From positions 7,895-71,894 of the forward strand of contig CAYMKL010000006.1 in assembly GCA_964390805.1 (NCBI GenBank): a stretch of DNA of 64,000 nucleotides, given 5' to 3'. A program made the position numbers and the translations under genes. A model generated the notes under the pieces. The model did no database searches and was not told the origin of the DNA. It saw only the letters and a program-made list of their open reading frames with translations. This stretch comes from an uncultured Anaerolineae bacterium (GTDB lineage Bacteria; Chloroflexota; Anaerolineae; VGOG01). Shown here in pieces: positions 49,680-59,379 of this stretch (positions within the stretch are counted from its first letter, which is position 1; every line of letters starts with the position of its first letter).

Positions 49680-49850
49680 ACCAGACGATCCCCCTCCTGC
49701 TCGATCTCCGTCCCCATCTCCGCCGAGAGGCCACGTATCTACCGAGAGGCCACGTATGCGCTCGGCGATTTCGTCGAAGGCGTCCCCTGTGGCCTGGTTG
49801 ACCTGCATGTAGGAGATGAGCAACGGGATCAGCTCGATGCGCTCTACCAG
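49680..49850 (-). pseudogene. Small ORF disrupted by a 19-bp tandem duplication
   Basis: Direct repeat ccgagaggccacgtat(cta)ccgagaggccacgtat at 49721-49757. Removing one unit gives ...AFDEIAERIRGLSAEMGTEIEQEGDRLVIEVGE*. Confidence 0.35.
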
Positions 49851-49860
49851 CGCCGCCTGT

Positions 49861-50889
49861 TCACGGCGGCGCGAGCAAGAGACGCTCCGGCTGGCCTCGG
49901 TACTCCTCCCAGGCAATCTCCCCCTTCACAATGCCCATCAACACCGCGTGCAGCGCTCGATTGACGGGCACGTCCAGCCCCAGCTCTTGGGCGCACCTGA
50001 CCACCGCGCCGTTCAGGTACTCCACCTCCGATTTGCCCTTGCCCCTGGACAGGTCTATGTGCAAGGAGGGCATCTTACCCCCCCGGCCACGAACGATGAC
50101 TTTTCGGAGAATGGGGCCCAGCAGCCAGGCGGGCAGGGAGCAGATGGCCCAGGCGAAGAGGGGCACGGGGTAGCCGGGCAGGGACACCGGTCGCAGGCCC
50201 AGGCCCCGCATCACAGCCACCGCCTCGCGGAAGGCAACCTGCTCCAGGGCAAACAGGCGGTCATCGGCAAAGACCTCATCCGGAGGCATGTCCAGAATGG
50301 CCGGGGAAGCATTAGCGATTATGTTAAGGAGTAGCTTGGTCCATTTCATCGCCCGGTAGTCTCGATACACTGAAGTCCCGAAACCAGCCTCCTGAAACAT
50401 CTCGTCCAACTCGGCAATTGACTGACTAGGAAGGGTTGGCGCTAGGCCGATGCCGCCCCGCGTCGTGGCCTGGCTTACCAACCCGGGCTCCAGCACCCTG
50501 ACCGACAGGGTGATCACCGCCGAGAGAATCGTGGTCTCACCCACAACCTCCGCCACCGCCTCCTCGCCTCCCACCCCGTTCTGCAGGACGAGGATGGGAA
50601 CGCCGCGCCGGGCCAAAGGCTCGACCTGAGCCGCGGCCTGGGCTGCATCGTAGGCTTTCACAGTGAGGAGAACCAGATCGAACGGCTCATCGGCCACGTC
50701 CAGCACACTCGTCACCGCCCGCGCGTCCATCCTTGTGACCCCGCCACCGTCCTCAAGGCCCAAGCCCCGCGCTCGCACGGCGGCCACGTAGGGCTGGCGA
50801 CCCACCAGGGTGACCTCGTGCCCCACCCTCGCCAGCCCGTGCCCCACCAGCGACCCAATAGCCCCCGCTCCAACGATCAAAACCCGCAC
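49861..50889 (-). CDS. 2-dehydropantoate 2-reductase family protein (PanE/ApbA)
   Basis: N-terminal Rossmann VRVLIVGAGAIGSLVG and a C-terminal ApbA_C pattern. A GTG start with RBS GGAGG is likely. Confidence 0.75.
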   Translation of the reverse strand: MRVLIVGAGAIGSLVGHGLARVGHEVTLVGRQPYVAAVRARGLGLEDGGGVTRMDARAVTSVLDVADEPFDLVLLTVKAYDAAQAAAQVEPLARRGVPILVLQNGVGGEEAVAEVVGETTILSAVITLSVRVLEPGLVSQATTRGGIGLAPTLPSQSIAELDEMFQEAGFGTSVYRDYRAMKWTKLLLNIIANASPAILDMPPDEVFADDRLFALEQVAFREAVAVMRGLGLRPVSLPGYPVPLFAWAICSLPAWLLGPILRKVIVRGRGGKMPSLHIDLSRGKGKSEVEYLNGAVVRCAQELGLDVPVNRALHAVLMGIVKGEIAWEEYRGQPERLLLAPP

Positions 50890-50930
50890 GTCTCTACCTC
50901 CAATACCCAATATCTAATATCCAACACCCC

Positions 50931-52079
50931 CTACGCCTTGCTCTCCACTTCTATCAGCGCGTAGGTTTTACTCCCCAAACCCAACTCAGCCGCCGCATCA
51001 ATGTGCTCCTGAGCATCAATGCCCAGGGCATCGGCCAGAATGCGGTCGCCCTGGCGTAGCCCTTTGTCTGCCGACAGCGAATCCGGCAGAGGGGCAGCCT
51101 GATTGATCAGATCCCAACTGGCCTGTTCGACGGCCACGATGTCGGTGGAAGCCAGGATGCCCTGATCCTGTACCAGCGGGGTGTCGGCGACGGGCATGCA
51201 GTCACATTCAGGCTGCACCTCCAGCAGGAAGTTGAAGTAGAGCACCTTCCCCGGCGCGAAGGTGCTCAGCACCGCCTGGGCAGCCTCGGCCAGACCCCGC
51301 TGGAACTCGGTAAACTCGCGTCCCTTGTAGATAGCGCCCTCGGGACAGACACGGGCACAGCGTCCGCAGCGCCAACACTTGTCCTCGTCGAAGGAGATGT
51401 CTACTCCGTCGAACAGGACAGCCCCGGTGGGACACACGTGGTAGCACTGCAGGCACATATTACACAGCTCCAGATTGCGGACCATGTCCATCTCACCCGG
51501 TACGTGCAGGTGGCCTCGCGCCCGCTTCCAATCGCCGCTGCGATGGCGGCCGCTGACCCCGCCCATGGCGACATTCTTGATCGCGCCGGCGTAACCAGAC
51601 ATGATGTGCCCCTTGCAGTGGGTGACCACCACCATGGCTGGCGCGTCATGGATGGCCGAACTGACACTGATCTCACCCAAAATGGGGCCGGCTTTGACCG
51701 GCACGTTGTCATAACCGAAGATGCCGTCGGCCAGGATCACCGGAGCACCCATGGACATGGGATTGATGCCATGTTGGTTGGCAACCTCCAGGTAGTCCCA
51801 GCCCCTGATGCGGGTGCTATCGGTCACGAAGGGTTTGCCGCCGGCTTCCTTGACCCCTTCAACGATCTTGCGCAGGAAAATAGGCCGCACGATACGATGG
51901 GCTCCCTCGGACCCGAGATGGGTTTTCACAGCCACATAGTCGTCGGGCTCGACGCGCTGAGAGAATTCCAGCCGCTTGATCAGCTCCTCTAGTGTGGCGA
52001 TCAGGCTATACCTGTAGTCCCACTTGGTGGCCCGCGCACTGGCATAGTAGACTATGCTGGCCTCACTCTTTTTCGCCAT
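50931..52079 (-). CDS. DUF362-domain protein with a 2x[4Fe-4S] ferredoxin insert
   Basis: CNMCLQCYHVCP and CWRCGRCARVCP motifs. RBS AAGGAGG. Confidence 0.65.
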   Translation of the reverse strand: MAKKSEASIVYYASARATKWDYRYSLIATLEELIKRLEFSQRVEPDDYVAVKTHLGSEGAHRIVRPIFLRKIVEGVKEAGGKPFVTDSTRIRGWDYLEVANQHGINPMSMGAPVILADGIFGYDNVPVKAGPILGEISVSSAIHDAPAMVVVTHCKGHIMSGYAGAIKNVAMGGVSGRHRSGDWKRARGHLHVPGEMDMVRNLELCNMCLQCYHVCPTGAVLFDGVDISFDEDKCWRCGRCARVCPEGAIYKGREFTEFQRGLAEAAQAVLSTFAPGKVLYFNFLLEVQPECDCMPVADTPLVQDQGILASTDIVAVEQASWDLINQAAPLPDSLSADKGLRQGDRILADALGIDAQEHIDAAAELGLGSKTYALIEVESKA

Positions 52080-52174
52080 TCCAACCTCCTTGATATGTTC
52101 GAGCAATTGCGCGCAACTTCACTACAGTCTCGGTGTTGTAAACAGTAAACCGGTTTGAGTAGGAGGAAATTCCC

Positions 52175-52780
52175 ATGGAGATCCTTCGTTACGCGATCAT
52201 GATAGCCTTCGGCTATTTGATGGGCTCCATCCCCATTGGCTACTTGGTAGTAAAGCTGGCAAAGGGCACTGATATACGCCAACACGGCAGCGGCCGCTCA
52301 GGGGGCACCAACGTTTGGCGCGCTGCTGGCCTTTGGCCAGCCCTCCTCACCACCGTGAGCGACTTTCTAAAGGGCATGAGCGCTGTTTTGATCGCCAGAG
52401 CTGTGCTGGGCAACTCAGTTGGCGAAGTCCTGGTAGGAGTAGCGGCGGTTGTAGGCCATAACTGGTCGGTTTTCCTGGGCTGGCGGGGCGGAGCTGGCAC
52501 CGCCACCAATCTGGGTGTGATCTCTGCGCTATCCCTACCGGTGGCCCTGGCCCTCATCGTAGCCGCGCTCCTGGTCGTGGTTGTCTCCCGCTATGCCTCT
52601 GTAGCCTCTTTGGCGGTGGCCATCCTGGCCCCCACCATCTTCCTTGCCCTGGCCCTCTTCGCTCACCATCCCCTGCGGCACGCCATCTACGGCCTGCTAG
52701 CGGGCGCAATTGTTGTCCTGGCCCTTCGTCGCAACATAATCCGCTTGCTGTCCGGCACCGAGCGGCGTCTGAGCTACTAG
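52175..52780 (+). CDS. plsY: Glycerol-3-phosphate acyltransferase PlsY
   Basis: HGSGRSGGTNVWR motif, about 200 aa, five TM helices. RBS AGGAGG. Confidence 0.85.
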   Translation: MEILRYAIMIAFGYLMGSIPIGYLVVKLAKGTDIRQHGSGRSGGTNVWRAAGLWPALLTTVSDFLKGMSAVLIARAVLGNSVGEVLVGVAAVVGHNWSVFLGWRGGAGTATNLGVISALSLPVALALIVAALLVVVVSRYASVASLAVAILAPTIFLALALFAHHPLRHAIYGLLAGAIVVLALRRNIIRLLSGTERRLSY

Positions 52781-53017
52781 ATTCAGTACATCGCAATTGC
52801 GAAGATGAGCTGGCTCCAATGCCCGCGTTTCGGCGGCCCTTCGGCCGTAAGCGGAGCGACGCTCAGGACAGGCGTGGGAGCCGCCTCTGCTTATAGCTGG
52901 CGAGCTAGTAGATTATAGCACAACGAGCCGGGGTAGCAAACTCCAGGAAGTCGGCTTGCCTGTTCCTTGACAGGTAAGCCGACTTTGGCTTTCTGGCAGG
53001 CCAGGCGGAACATCTCT

Positions 53018-53046
53018 TTGACAAAATCCCGGCTACGTGCTATCAT
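53018..53046 (+). promoter_or_regulatory. Candidate sigma70-type promoter (TTGACA-17 nt-TATCAT) for the mttB-family operon
   Basis: TTGACA at 53018-53023 and TATCAT at 53041-53046, about 45 nt upstream of the RBS and ATG at 53093. An upstream hairpin at 52955-52992 may terminate plsY. Confidence 0.45.
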
Positions 53047-53092
53047 TACGCCGCTCATCAAGGCTTGTCCAAAAAACGCAAAGGAGAGAAGA

Positions 53093-54550
53093 ATGTTCAG
53101 GCCCAAGCTAGAACTACTCGACAGAGAAACCATTGAGCGCATCCTGGCGGAAGCCCACGAGTTGCTGTGGGACCCCGGCGTGCGCATCCATAGCGACGAG
53201 GCCCTCAAGCTGGTCGCTGATGCTGGAGCCACTGTTGATTTCGACAGCAAAGTGGCTCGGATCCCAGCCGAACTAGTTGACAAGGCTGTGGAAACGGTGC
53301 CCTCCTCGTTTCACCTCCACGATTTCGAGGGGAACCCTGTAGTACACTATGGCGACGATGACGTGCAGTTTGACCCAGGCTCGGCAGCCATCGAATTTTT
53401 GGATTATGGAGCGACCCAGTCGCGCACACCAATCACGGCCGACTTTGTCGCTTATATCAAGTTGGCTGACATGCTGCCAGAGCTAGACGCGGTCAGCACG
53501 GCTCTGGTCTGCTCGGACGTGCCGGAGAGCATGGCTGATCTCTATCGCCTCTACCTGGTGCTCAGGTACGCCAGGAAGCCCGTCATCACCGGCGCCTTTG
53601 CCGTTGAGACTTTGGCAATCATGAAAGACCTGCTCGTCGCTGTGGTCGGCAGCGACGAGGCGCTGGCCGCCAAGCCCATCGCGGTGTTCGACGTCTGCCC
53701 CTCGCCCCCCCTGCTGTGGAGCGAGATCACCTGCCAGAACATGATTGACTGCGCCCGCGCGGGTATCCCAGCCGAGCTGGTCTCCATGCCCCTGGCCGGG
53801 GCGACGGGCCCCGCTACCCTGGTTGGCTCGGTGGTGCAGCACGCCGCCGAGTGCCTGAGCGGCATCACCATTCACCAACTGGCCAAAGCCGGTTCTCCCA
53901 TCGTTTGGGGTGGCTCACCTGCCGCCTTCGATATGCGCACGGGGACACCCCCCATGGGGGCTATCGAGACCATGATGATAGATTGTGCTTATGCTCAGGT
54001 CGGCAAGTACCTGGGACTGCCCACCCACGCCTACATGGGCATGAGCGACGCCAAGATCGTAGATGCGCAGGCCGGCTTCGAGTCCGGCATCGGCAACATC
54101 ATGGCAGCCCTGGCCGGGGTGAACATGGTTTCTGGGGCCGGCATGATGGACTTCGAAAGCTGTTTCAGCCTGGAGAAGCTGGTGATTGATAACGAGCTCA
54201 TCGGCATGGCACGCCGCCTGGTGCGGGGCATTGACGCCTCAGAGGATCCCCTGGCCACCGTCATCATGCGCCAGGTCGGCCATGCGGGCAACTTCCTGGC
54301 CACCAAACACACCCGCCGCTGGTTCAAGCGAGAGCAGTTTATCCCCTCCCCCGTCATTGACCGCGACTACCGTCAGGCCTGGGAGAACAAGGGTGCTAAG
54401 GACATCGTGCAGCGAGCGCATGAACGAGTTGAGCAGTTGGTAGCAGCCTACCAACCCAAGCCCCTGCCCAAAGGGGTGGAGCAGGAGTTGGTGGCTATCA
54501 CCCTGCGGACAGCCAAAGCCCAGGGGCTAGAGAGATTACCGCCACTGTGA
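53093..54550 (+). CDS. MttB-superfamily (trimethylamine methyltransferase family) non-pyrrolysine methyltransferase, paralog 1
   Basis: The N-terminus MFRPKLELLDRETIERILAEAHELLWDPGVRIH is a typical MttB family start. TIM-barrel length, with no in-frame amber codon. Confidence 0.85.
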   Translation: MFRPKLELLDRETIERILAEAHELLWDPGVRIHSDEALKLVADAGATVDFDSKVARIPAELVDKAVETVPSSFHLHDFEGNPVVHYGDDDVQFDPGSAAIEFLDYGATQSRTPITADFVAYIKLADMLPELDAVSTALVCSDVPESMADLYRLYLVLRYARKPVITGAFAVETLAIMKDLLVAVVGSDEALAAKPIAVFDVCPSPPLLWSEITCQNMIDCARAGIPAELVSMPLAGATGPATLVGSVVQHAAECLSGITIHQLAKAGSPIVWGGSPAAFDMRTGTPPMGAIETMMIDCAYAQVGKYLGLPTHAYMGMSDAKIVDAQAGFESGIGNIMAALAGVNMVSGAGMMDFESCFSLEKLVIDNELIGMARRLVRGIDASEDPLATVIMRQVGHAGNFLATKHTRRWFKREQFIPSPVIDRDYRQAWENKGAKDIVQRAHERVEQLVAAYQPKPLPKGVEQELVAITLRTAKAQGLERLPPL

Positions 54551-54578
54551 TCTATTGCGGGAAACGAGTAACGAGGGG

Positions 54579-56018
54579 ATGAGTCAAATTGAACGCCCCA
54601 AACTGCGCCTGGAGGTGCTGAGCCAGGACGAGGTGCGACGCATCCACCAGGCCAGCCTGGAGGTCATCAAGACGGTTGGGGTGCGCTTTCCTTCGGACTG
54701 GGCCCTTGATATTCTGGAGGAGACGGGAGCGATAGTGGATCGAGAAAGCCAGATCGCCCGCCTCCCCAGCCAGCTCATTGTCGAGGCTTTGACCAACGCG
54801 CCGCCATCGTATGTGCTCTGCGCCCGCGATCCCGCCCTGGATCTGCCCCTGGACGGTGAGCACTCCTATCTGTCCACCGACGGCTGTGGCGTGGAGGTCA
54901 TTGACATCGAGACGAGAGAGCGACGGCGCTCGACCAGGCAGGACGTGGCCGAGTCAGCACTGGTGGCCGATTACCTGCCTCAGATCGCTTTCTACTGGCC
55001 TATAGTAGCCGCCCAGGACTGTCCCCCGCAAACGCGCTCTTTGCACGAACTGGAGGCCGCCTGGAACAATACCACCAAGCACGTCCAGACCGAGTGCGTC
55101 ATCACGGCCAGGGAAGCCGAAGCGGCCATTGAGATGGCTGCGGCCATCGTCGGCGGGCGCGACGAGCTGAGAAAACGCCCCATCCTCTCCATCATGCAGT
55201 GCACCATCAGCCCCCTAGGGCAGGATGGGGGCAGCCTGGAGGCCGCTCTGGTTGCTGCCGCAGCGGGCCTACCAGTGGGCTTCATGACCATGGCCAGTTG
55301 CTGCTCCACCGGGCCAGCCACGCTGGCCGGCAACCTGGTGGTGGGCAACGCCGAGGTGATCGCCGCCTCCGCCCTCATTGAGCTGGCCTACCCAGGCACG
55401 CCCATTTTCTACGCCGCCGCTCAGACGGCCATGGACCTCCGCACGGGGGCCTATACCGGTGGAGGGCCGGAGGACTACCTCTTCGGAGCAGCCACCAACC
55501 AACTGGCTGACTTCTACAGGATCCCCCTCTCCATGGGTGCCTTCGCCAGCGGCGCAAAAGAGCCCGACTGGCAAGCGGCGCTGGACAACGCCTTTGCCGG
55601 CCTGATGCCCGTCCTCAGCGGAGCCGACATGCTGACCGGTGCAGGCCTGCTCTATGGCTCGCGCATCCTCTCCTACGAGCAATTGCTCATGGATTGTGAG
55701 ATCTACGACCTTATCCAGGCCACAGCACGGGGCATCGAAGTAAGCGACGAGACCCTGGCTTTGGAGGTCATTAAGTCCGTGGGTGTGGGTGGACACTACC
55801 TGGACCAGACACACACACTGAAGCACATGAAGAAGCGATGGGTGCCAAGCCTGGTGGATCGCCGCTCCTATAGAGCCTGGGAGAAAGATGACCGGCGAGG
55901 GGCGAGGGAGTGGGCCCACGAGAAAGCAAGGTGGATCCTGGCTAATCACCGCCCAGAGCTGTTGGAACCCAGGCTGCAGGAAGAACTATCCAAGATCATT
56001 GCTATCATGGAGAAGTAG
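54579..56018 (+). CDS. MttB-superfamily methyltransferase, paralog 2
   Basis: ERPKLRLEVLSQDEVRRIHQASLEVIKTVGVRF. Lies 28 nt downstream of paralog 1. Confidence 0.85.
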   Translation: MSQIERPKLRLEVLSQDEVRRIHQASLEVIKTVGVRFPSDWALDILEETGAIVDRESQIARLPSQLIVEALTNAPPSYVLCARDPALDLPLDGEHSYLSTDGCGVEVIDIETRERRRSTRQDVAESALVADYLPQIAFYWPIVAAQDCPPQTRSLHELEAAWNNTTKHVQTECVITAREAEAAIEMAAAIVGGRDELRKRPILSIMQCTISPLGQDGGSLEAALVAAAAGLPVGFMTMASCCSTGPATLAGNLVVGNAEVIAASALIELAYPGTPIFYAAAQTAMDLRTGAYTGGGPEDYLFGAATNQLADFYRIPLSMGAFASGAKEPDWQAALDNAFAGLMPVLSGADMLTGAGLLYGSRILSYEQLLMDCEIYDLIQATARGIEVSDETLALEVIKSVGVGGHYLDQTHTLKHMKKRWVPSLVDRRSYRAWEKDDRRGAREWAHEKARWILANHRPELLEPRLQEELSKIIAIMEK

Positions 56019-56023
56019 GGAGT

Positions 56024-56138
56024 CTTTGGGGATTTACGTGAATAGCAGGCCGGAGTCCTCAACTTGTTGAGGTTTGCCGCACCGCAACCTCAACAAGTTG
56101 AGGACTCCGACACCATGACCCCGCGAAATCCCAAAGAG
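56024..56138 (+). repeat. Large nested palindrome: a 21-bp perfect inner stem (GGAGTCCTCAACTTGTTGAGG/CCTCAACAAGTTGAGGACTCC) within outer arms CTTTGGGGATTT/AAATCCCAAAGAG
   Basis: Read directly from the sequence at 56052-56072 and 56088-56108 (inner stem) and 56024-56035 and 56126-56138 (outer arms). Confidence 0.8.
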
Positions 56139-56161
56139 CCTGAAGAGCAAGGAGCTAGACC

Positions 56162-57625
56162 ATGCGACCCAAGCTGGAACTCCTGGAACATGAGCTAGTG
56201 GAACGCATCGTGGGCGAGGCCTACGAGCTGTTGTGGGACCCCGGTGTGCTGGTGCACCGAGAGCGCGCTCTGACAATCCTGGCCGAGGGCGGGGCCACGG
56301 TGGACTTCGAGAAGAAGACCGCCAAGATACCCCAGCATAAGATTGACGAGGCCCTCAAGACTGCCCCGGCCAGCGTGGATGTCTACGACCTGAAGGGAGA
56401 GCTGCGCCTGCGCCTGGGGCAGGACAACACGTATTTCTACCCCGGCGCTACCGCTCTGCAGATCATAGACCCCGTCACCGACGAGTACCGTCCTCCCGTC
56501 ACCGAAGACCTGGTGCGCTTCATCCAGATGGTGGAGGGCTTGCCCCAGATTGACGCCCAGGCTGGCTCGCTGCTGTGCGCCGATGTGCCCAAGATGGTTT
56601 CGGATAGTTATCGTTATTACCTGATGCTGCTCTATGGCACGAAACCCCTCTGCGGCGGGGCCTTCAGCATCGAGGGCTGGTATCCCATGAAGGACCTGCT
56701 GGCGGCCTACTTCGGCAGCGAGGAGGCCATCGCCGCCAAGCCCGTCAATACTATGGCCATCTGTCCATCGCCGCCCCTTCTTTGGAGCGACATCACTTGT
56801 CAGAACCTCATGGACTGCGCCAAATGGGGCCTGCCGGCGGTGCTCATCTCCATGCCCCTGTCTGGAGCCACCGCCCCAGTGACCATCGCGGGTACGGTGG
56901 TGCAACACGCTGCCGAATCCCTGAGCGGCGTAGTCATCCACCAGTTAGTGAACCCGGGTGCACCCATCATCTACGGCAGCTCGCCAGCTATGTTTGACAT
57001 GCGTGAGGGCACCACGCCCATGGGATCCATCGAAACTGTCATGATCAACTGTGCCAACGCTCAGGTAGGCAAATACCTGAACCTGCCCACTCACGGCTAC
57101 GTGGGCTTGAGCGACGCCAAGATCGTGGACGCGCAGGCCGGCCTGGAGTCGGCGATGGGGTCGGTTCTAGGGGCCCTGGCTGGAATCAACCTCATCTGCG
57201 GGGCCGGCATGTCCGACTTCGAGAGCGGGTCGAGCTTCGAGAAGGTGGTCATAGACGCCGAGGTGATCGGCATGGCCAAACGACTGCTCGCTGGAGTCGA
57301 AGCCCGTGAGGAGAGCCTGGCTACGACCCTGATGCGGGAAGTGGGACACCAGGGCAATTTCCTGGCCACGGAGCACACTCGTAGATGGTTCAGAGAGGAG
57401 CAGTACATTCCCTCAGCGGTCATTGACCGCGCCTCCCAAAGCATTTGGGAGAATCGCGGGAACAAGAACGCCGTGCAGCGCGCCCGCGAACGGGCCGTGG
57501 CCCTGATCGCCGAGTACCAGCCCCCTGAAGTGCCCGCTGAGGTCCGTAAGGAGTTGAAGGCCGTTATGACTAGGGCTGCGAAGCAGTATGGTGTGGATGA
57601 ATTGCCGCCCCTGCCAGAGTTGTAG
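56162..57625 (+). CDS. MttB-superfamily methyltransferase, paralog 3
   Basis: MRPKLELLEHELVERIVGEAYELLWDPGVLVH. RBS AAGGAG. Confidence 0.85.
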   Translation: MRPKLELLEHELVERIVGEAYELLWDPGVLVHRERALTILAEGGATVDFEKKTAKIPQHKIDEALKTAPASVDVYDLKGELRLRLGQDNTYFYPGATALQIIDPVTDEYRPPVTEDLVRFIQMVEGLPQIDAQAGSLLCADVPKMVSDSYRYYLMLLYGTKPLCGGAFSIEGWYPMKDLLAAYFGSEEAIAAKPVNTMAICPSPPLLWSDITCQNLMDCAKWGLPAVLISMPLSGATAPVTIAGTVVQHAAESLSGVVIHQLVNPGAPIIYGSSPAMFDMREGTTPMGSIETVMINCANAQVGKYLNLPTHGYVGLSDAKIVDAQAGLESAMGSVLGALAGINLICGAGMSDFESGSSFEKVVIDAEVIGMAKRLLAGVEAREESLATTLMREVGHQGNFLATEHTRRWFREEQYIPSAVIDRASQSIWENRGNKNAVQRARERAVALIAEYQPPEVPAEVRKELKAVMTRAAKQYGVDELPPLPEL

Positions 57626-57670
57626 GGCCATCAGAGCGGGGCTAAGTATCACTTCAACCAGACAAGAACC

Positions 57671-57702
57671 ACAAAGAGGAGTCAACGCTGACTCCTCTTT
57701 GT
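57671..57702. terminator. Bidirectional terminator hairpin between convergent mttB3 and the ABC ATPase gene
   Basis: ACAAAGAGGAGTCA-acgc-TGACTCCTCTTTGT: a 14-bp perfect stem flanked by A-rich and T-rich runs. Confidence 0.7.
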
Positions 57703-57733
57703 CTTGCCGATTGGTATAGGACAATGTCGCATG

Positions 57734-58483
57734 CTACAAAATATGTCGCAGGAAATCCCTCGTGCGCGGGTCCTGGGGGTTATCGAACATCTCCTGTGGC
57801 GTCCCCTCCTCAACCCACACTCCCTCATCCATGAACATAACGCGATGGGCGACCTCACGGGCGAAGCCCATCTCATGGGTGACCACGATCATGGTCATTC
57901 CCTCCCGCGCCAGGCGCTTCATCACGTCTAGCACCTCGCCGATCAGCTCGGGGTCCAAGGCTGAGGTTGGCTCGTCGAAGAGCATGATCTTGGGCTCCAT
58001 GGCATAGGCGCGGGCGATGGCCACCCGCTGCTGCTGCCCACCGGAGAGGCGCGCGGGGTACTCGTCGCGCTTGTCCATCAGACCCACCCAGCCCAGGTGC
58101 CGTTCGCCGATTTCGGTTGCTTCCTCTTTGGACATCCCCTTGACCGTCACTGGCCCCGCAATGACATTCCCCAGGGCTGTCATGTGGGGGAAGAGGTTGA
58201 AGTGCTGAAAGACCATGCCGGTCTTGGCCCGGATCTGCTGGATGTGAACGCGGTGCTCGCGACTGGGCTCCCCCGCTGGGATCACCACCCCGTCAATCTC
58301 GATGGTGCCCGCCGTTGGCTCCTCCAGGAAATTCAAACAGCGCAAAAACGTGCTCTTCCCCGACCCGGAGCGGCCGATGACCACTAACACCTCGCCCACT
58401 TCTACATCTAGATCAAAGCCTCTCAGAACGTAGAGCCCGCCGAAGCATTTCTCCAGCTTCCGAACTTTGATGATAGGCTCCAT
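57734..58483 (-). CDS. Polar amino acid ABC transporter ATP-binding protein (GlnQ/HisP/ArtP-like)
   Basis: Walker [10 protein letters not shown], signature [14 protein letters not shown], Walker [13 protein letters not shown]. Confidence 0.85.
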   Translation of the reverse strand: MEPIIKVRKLEKCFGGLYVLRGFDLDVEVGEVLVVIGRSGSGKSTFLRCLNFLEEPTAGTIEIDGVVIPAGEPSREHRVHIQQIRAKTGMVFQHFNLFPHMTALGNVIAGPVTVKGMSKEEATEIGERHLGWVGLMDKRDEYPARLSGGQQQRVAIARAYAMEPKIMLFDEPTSALDPELIGEVLDVMKRLAREGMTMIVVTHEMGFAREVAHRVMFMDEGVWVEEGTPQEMFDNPQDPRTRDFLRHIL

Positions 58484-58489
58484 ATCACC

Positions 58490-59338
58490 TCATTTCCTCT
58501 CGCCCCGACTCATGTGGGTCTCCAGGCGGCCTTGCAATGCCTGCAACACGATACACATGATCCAGTAGATAATCGCGGCCACTGTCAGTGTTTCCAGGGA
58601 GCGGAAGTAGCGGCGACCCATTTTTGTGGCCCGGTAGGTCAACTCCCAGACCCCCATCACCATGACCAGAGACGAATCCTTGACCATGGCCACGAAGTCA
58701 TTGCCGATGGGGGGGATGACGACGCGGAGGGCCTGGGGCAAGATGACGCGGCGTCTTGTCTGGTTTGGCGTCATACCCACAGAATAGGCAGCCTCAGTCT
58801 GGCCTTTGCTGATGGATTGGATGCCGGCCCGGAAGGTCTCTGTCATGTAGGCGCCATAGCACACGCCCAGGGCCAGGATGCCAGCCGGTATGGCAGGCAA
58901 TGTCAGGAGCTTCTGCGCCCCAGTCAAGCCCAAGTCTTCCAACTGTTGCCCGATCTGCGGTAGACCAAGATACCACATATAGACCTGAACCAGCAAGGGC
59001 GTGCCTCGGACAAAGGAGACGTAGAAGCCAGAAATGCCGTTGGCGATGGGATTCTTGGAAAGCCGCCCCAGGGCCCCTAAGAGCGCCAAAATGATGGCCA
59101 CGATGATGGCGGCCACCGACACCAACAACGTGTACTGAATCCCCTGGACAATGAAGCCCAGCCTGTCGTACATGAAGTTGATGTCGAACTTGAGAAGCTT
59201 GACCCCCACTCCAAGGGCGATGAAGATGCCGACCCATACCACGCCCAACTGGATGACGAAATTCCGCACCTTGCCCCGCTGGGCGGCCATATTGCGCTCT
59301 GCCTCAGCCGACGGTTGAGATAATGCAACAGTACTCAT
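58490..59338 (-). CDS. Polar amino acid ABC transporter permease (HisM/GlnP-like)
   Basis: TM pattern and the conserved permease core region (SFVRGTPLLVQVYMWYLGLP). Confidence 0.8.
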   Translation of the reverse strand: MSTVALSQPSAEAERNMAAQRGKVRNFVIQLGVVWVGIFIALGVGVKLLKFDINFMYDRLGFIVQGIQYTLLVSVAAIIVAIILALLGALGRLSKNPIANGISGFYVSFVRGTPLLVQVYMWYLGLPQIGQQLEDLGLTGAQKLLTLPAIPAGILALGVCYGAYMTETFRAGIQSISKGQTEAAYSVGMTPNQTRRRVILPQALRVVIPPIGNDFVAMVKDSSLVMVMGVWELTYRATKMGRRYFRSLETLTVAAIIYWIMCIVLQALQGRLETHMSRGERK

Positions 59339-59379
59339 TGGATCACCTCCATATCAGGTTCGCAGGTCCAGGGCAGGTG

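Noticed and set aside
52891-53283. 130-aa minus ORF overlapping the plsY-mttB intergenic region and the mttB1 start
   Set aside because: It overlaps a predicted promoter, RBS and the well-supported MttB-family gene start, and has no RBS of its own.
55269-55949. 226-aa minus ORF and neighbouring small ORFs inside mttB paralog 2
   Set aside because: They are antisense to a conserved MttB-family gene and have low-complexity composition.
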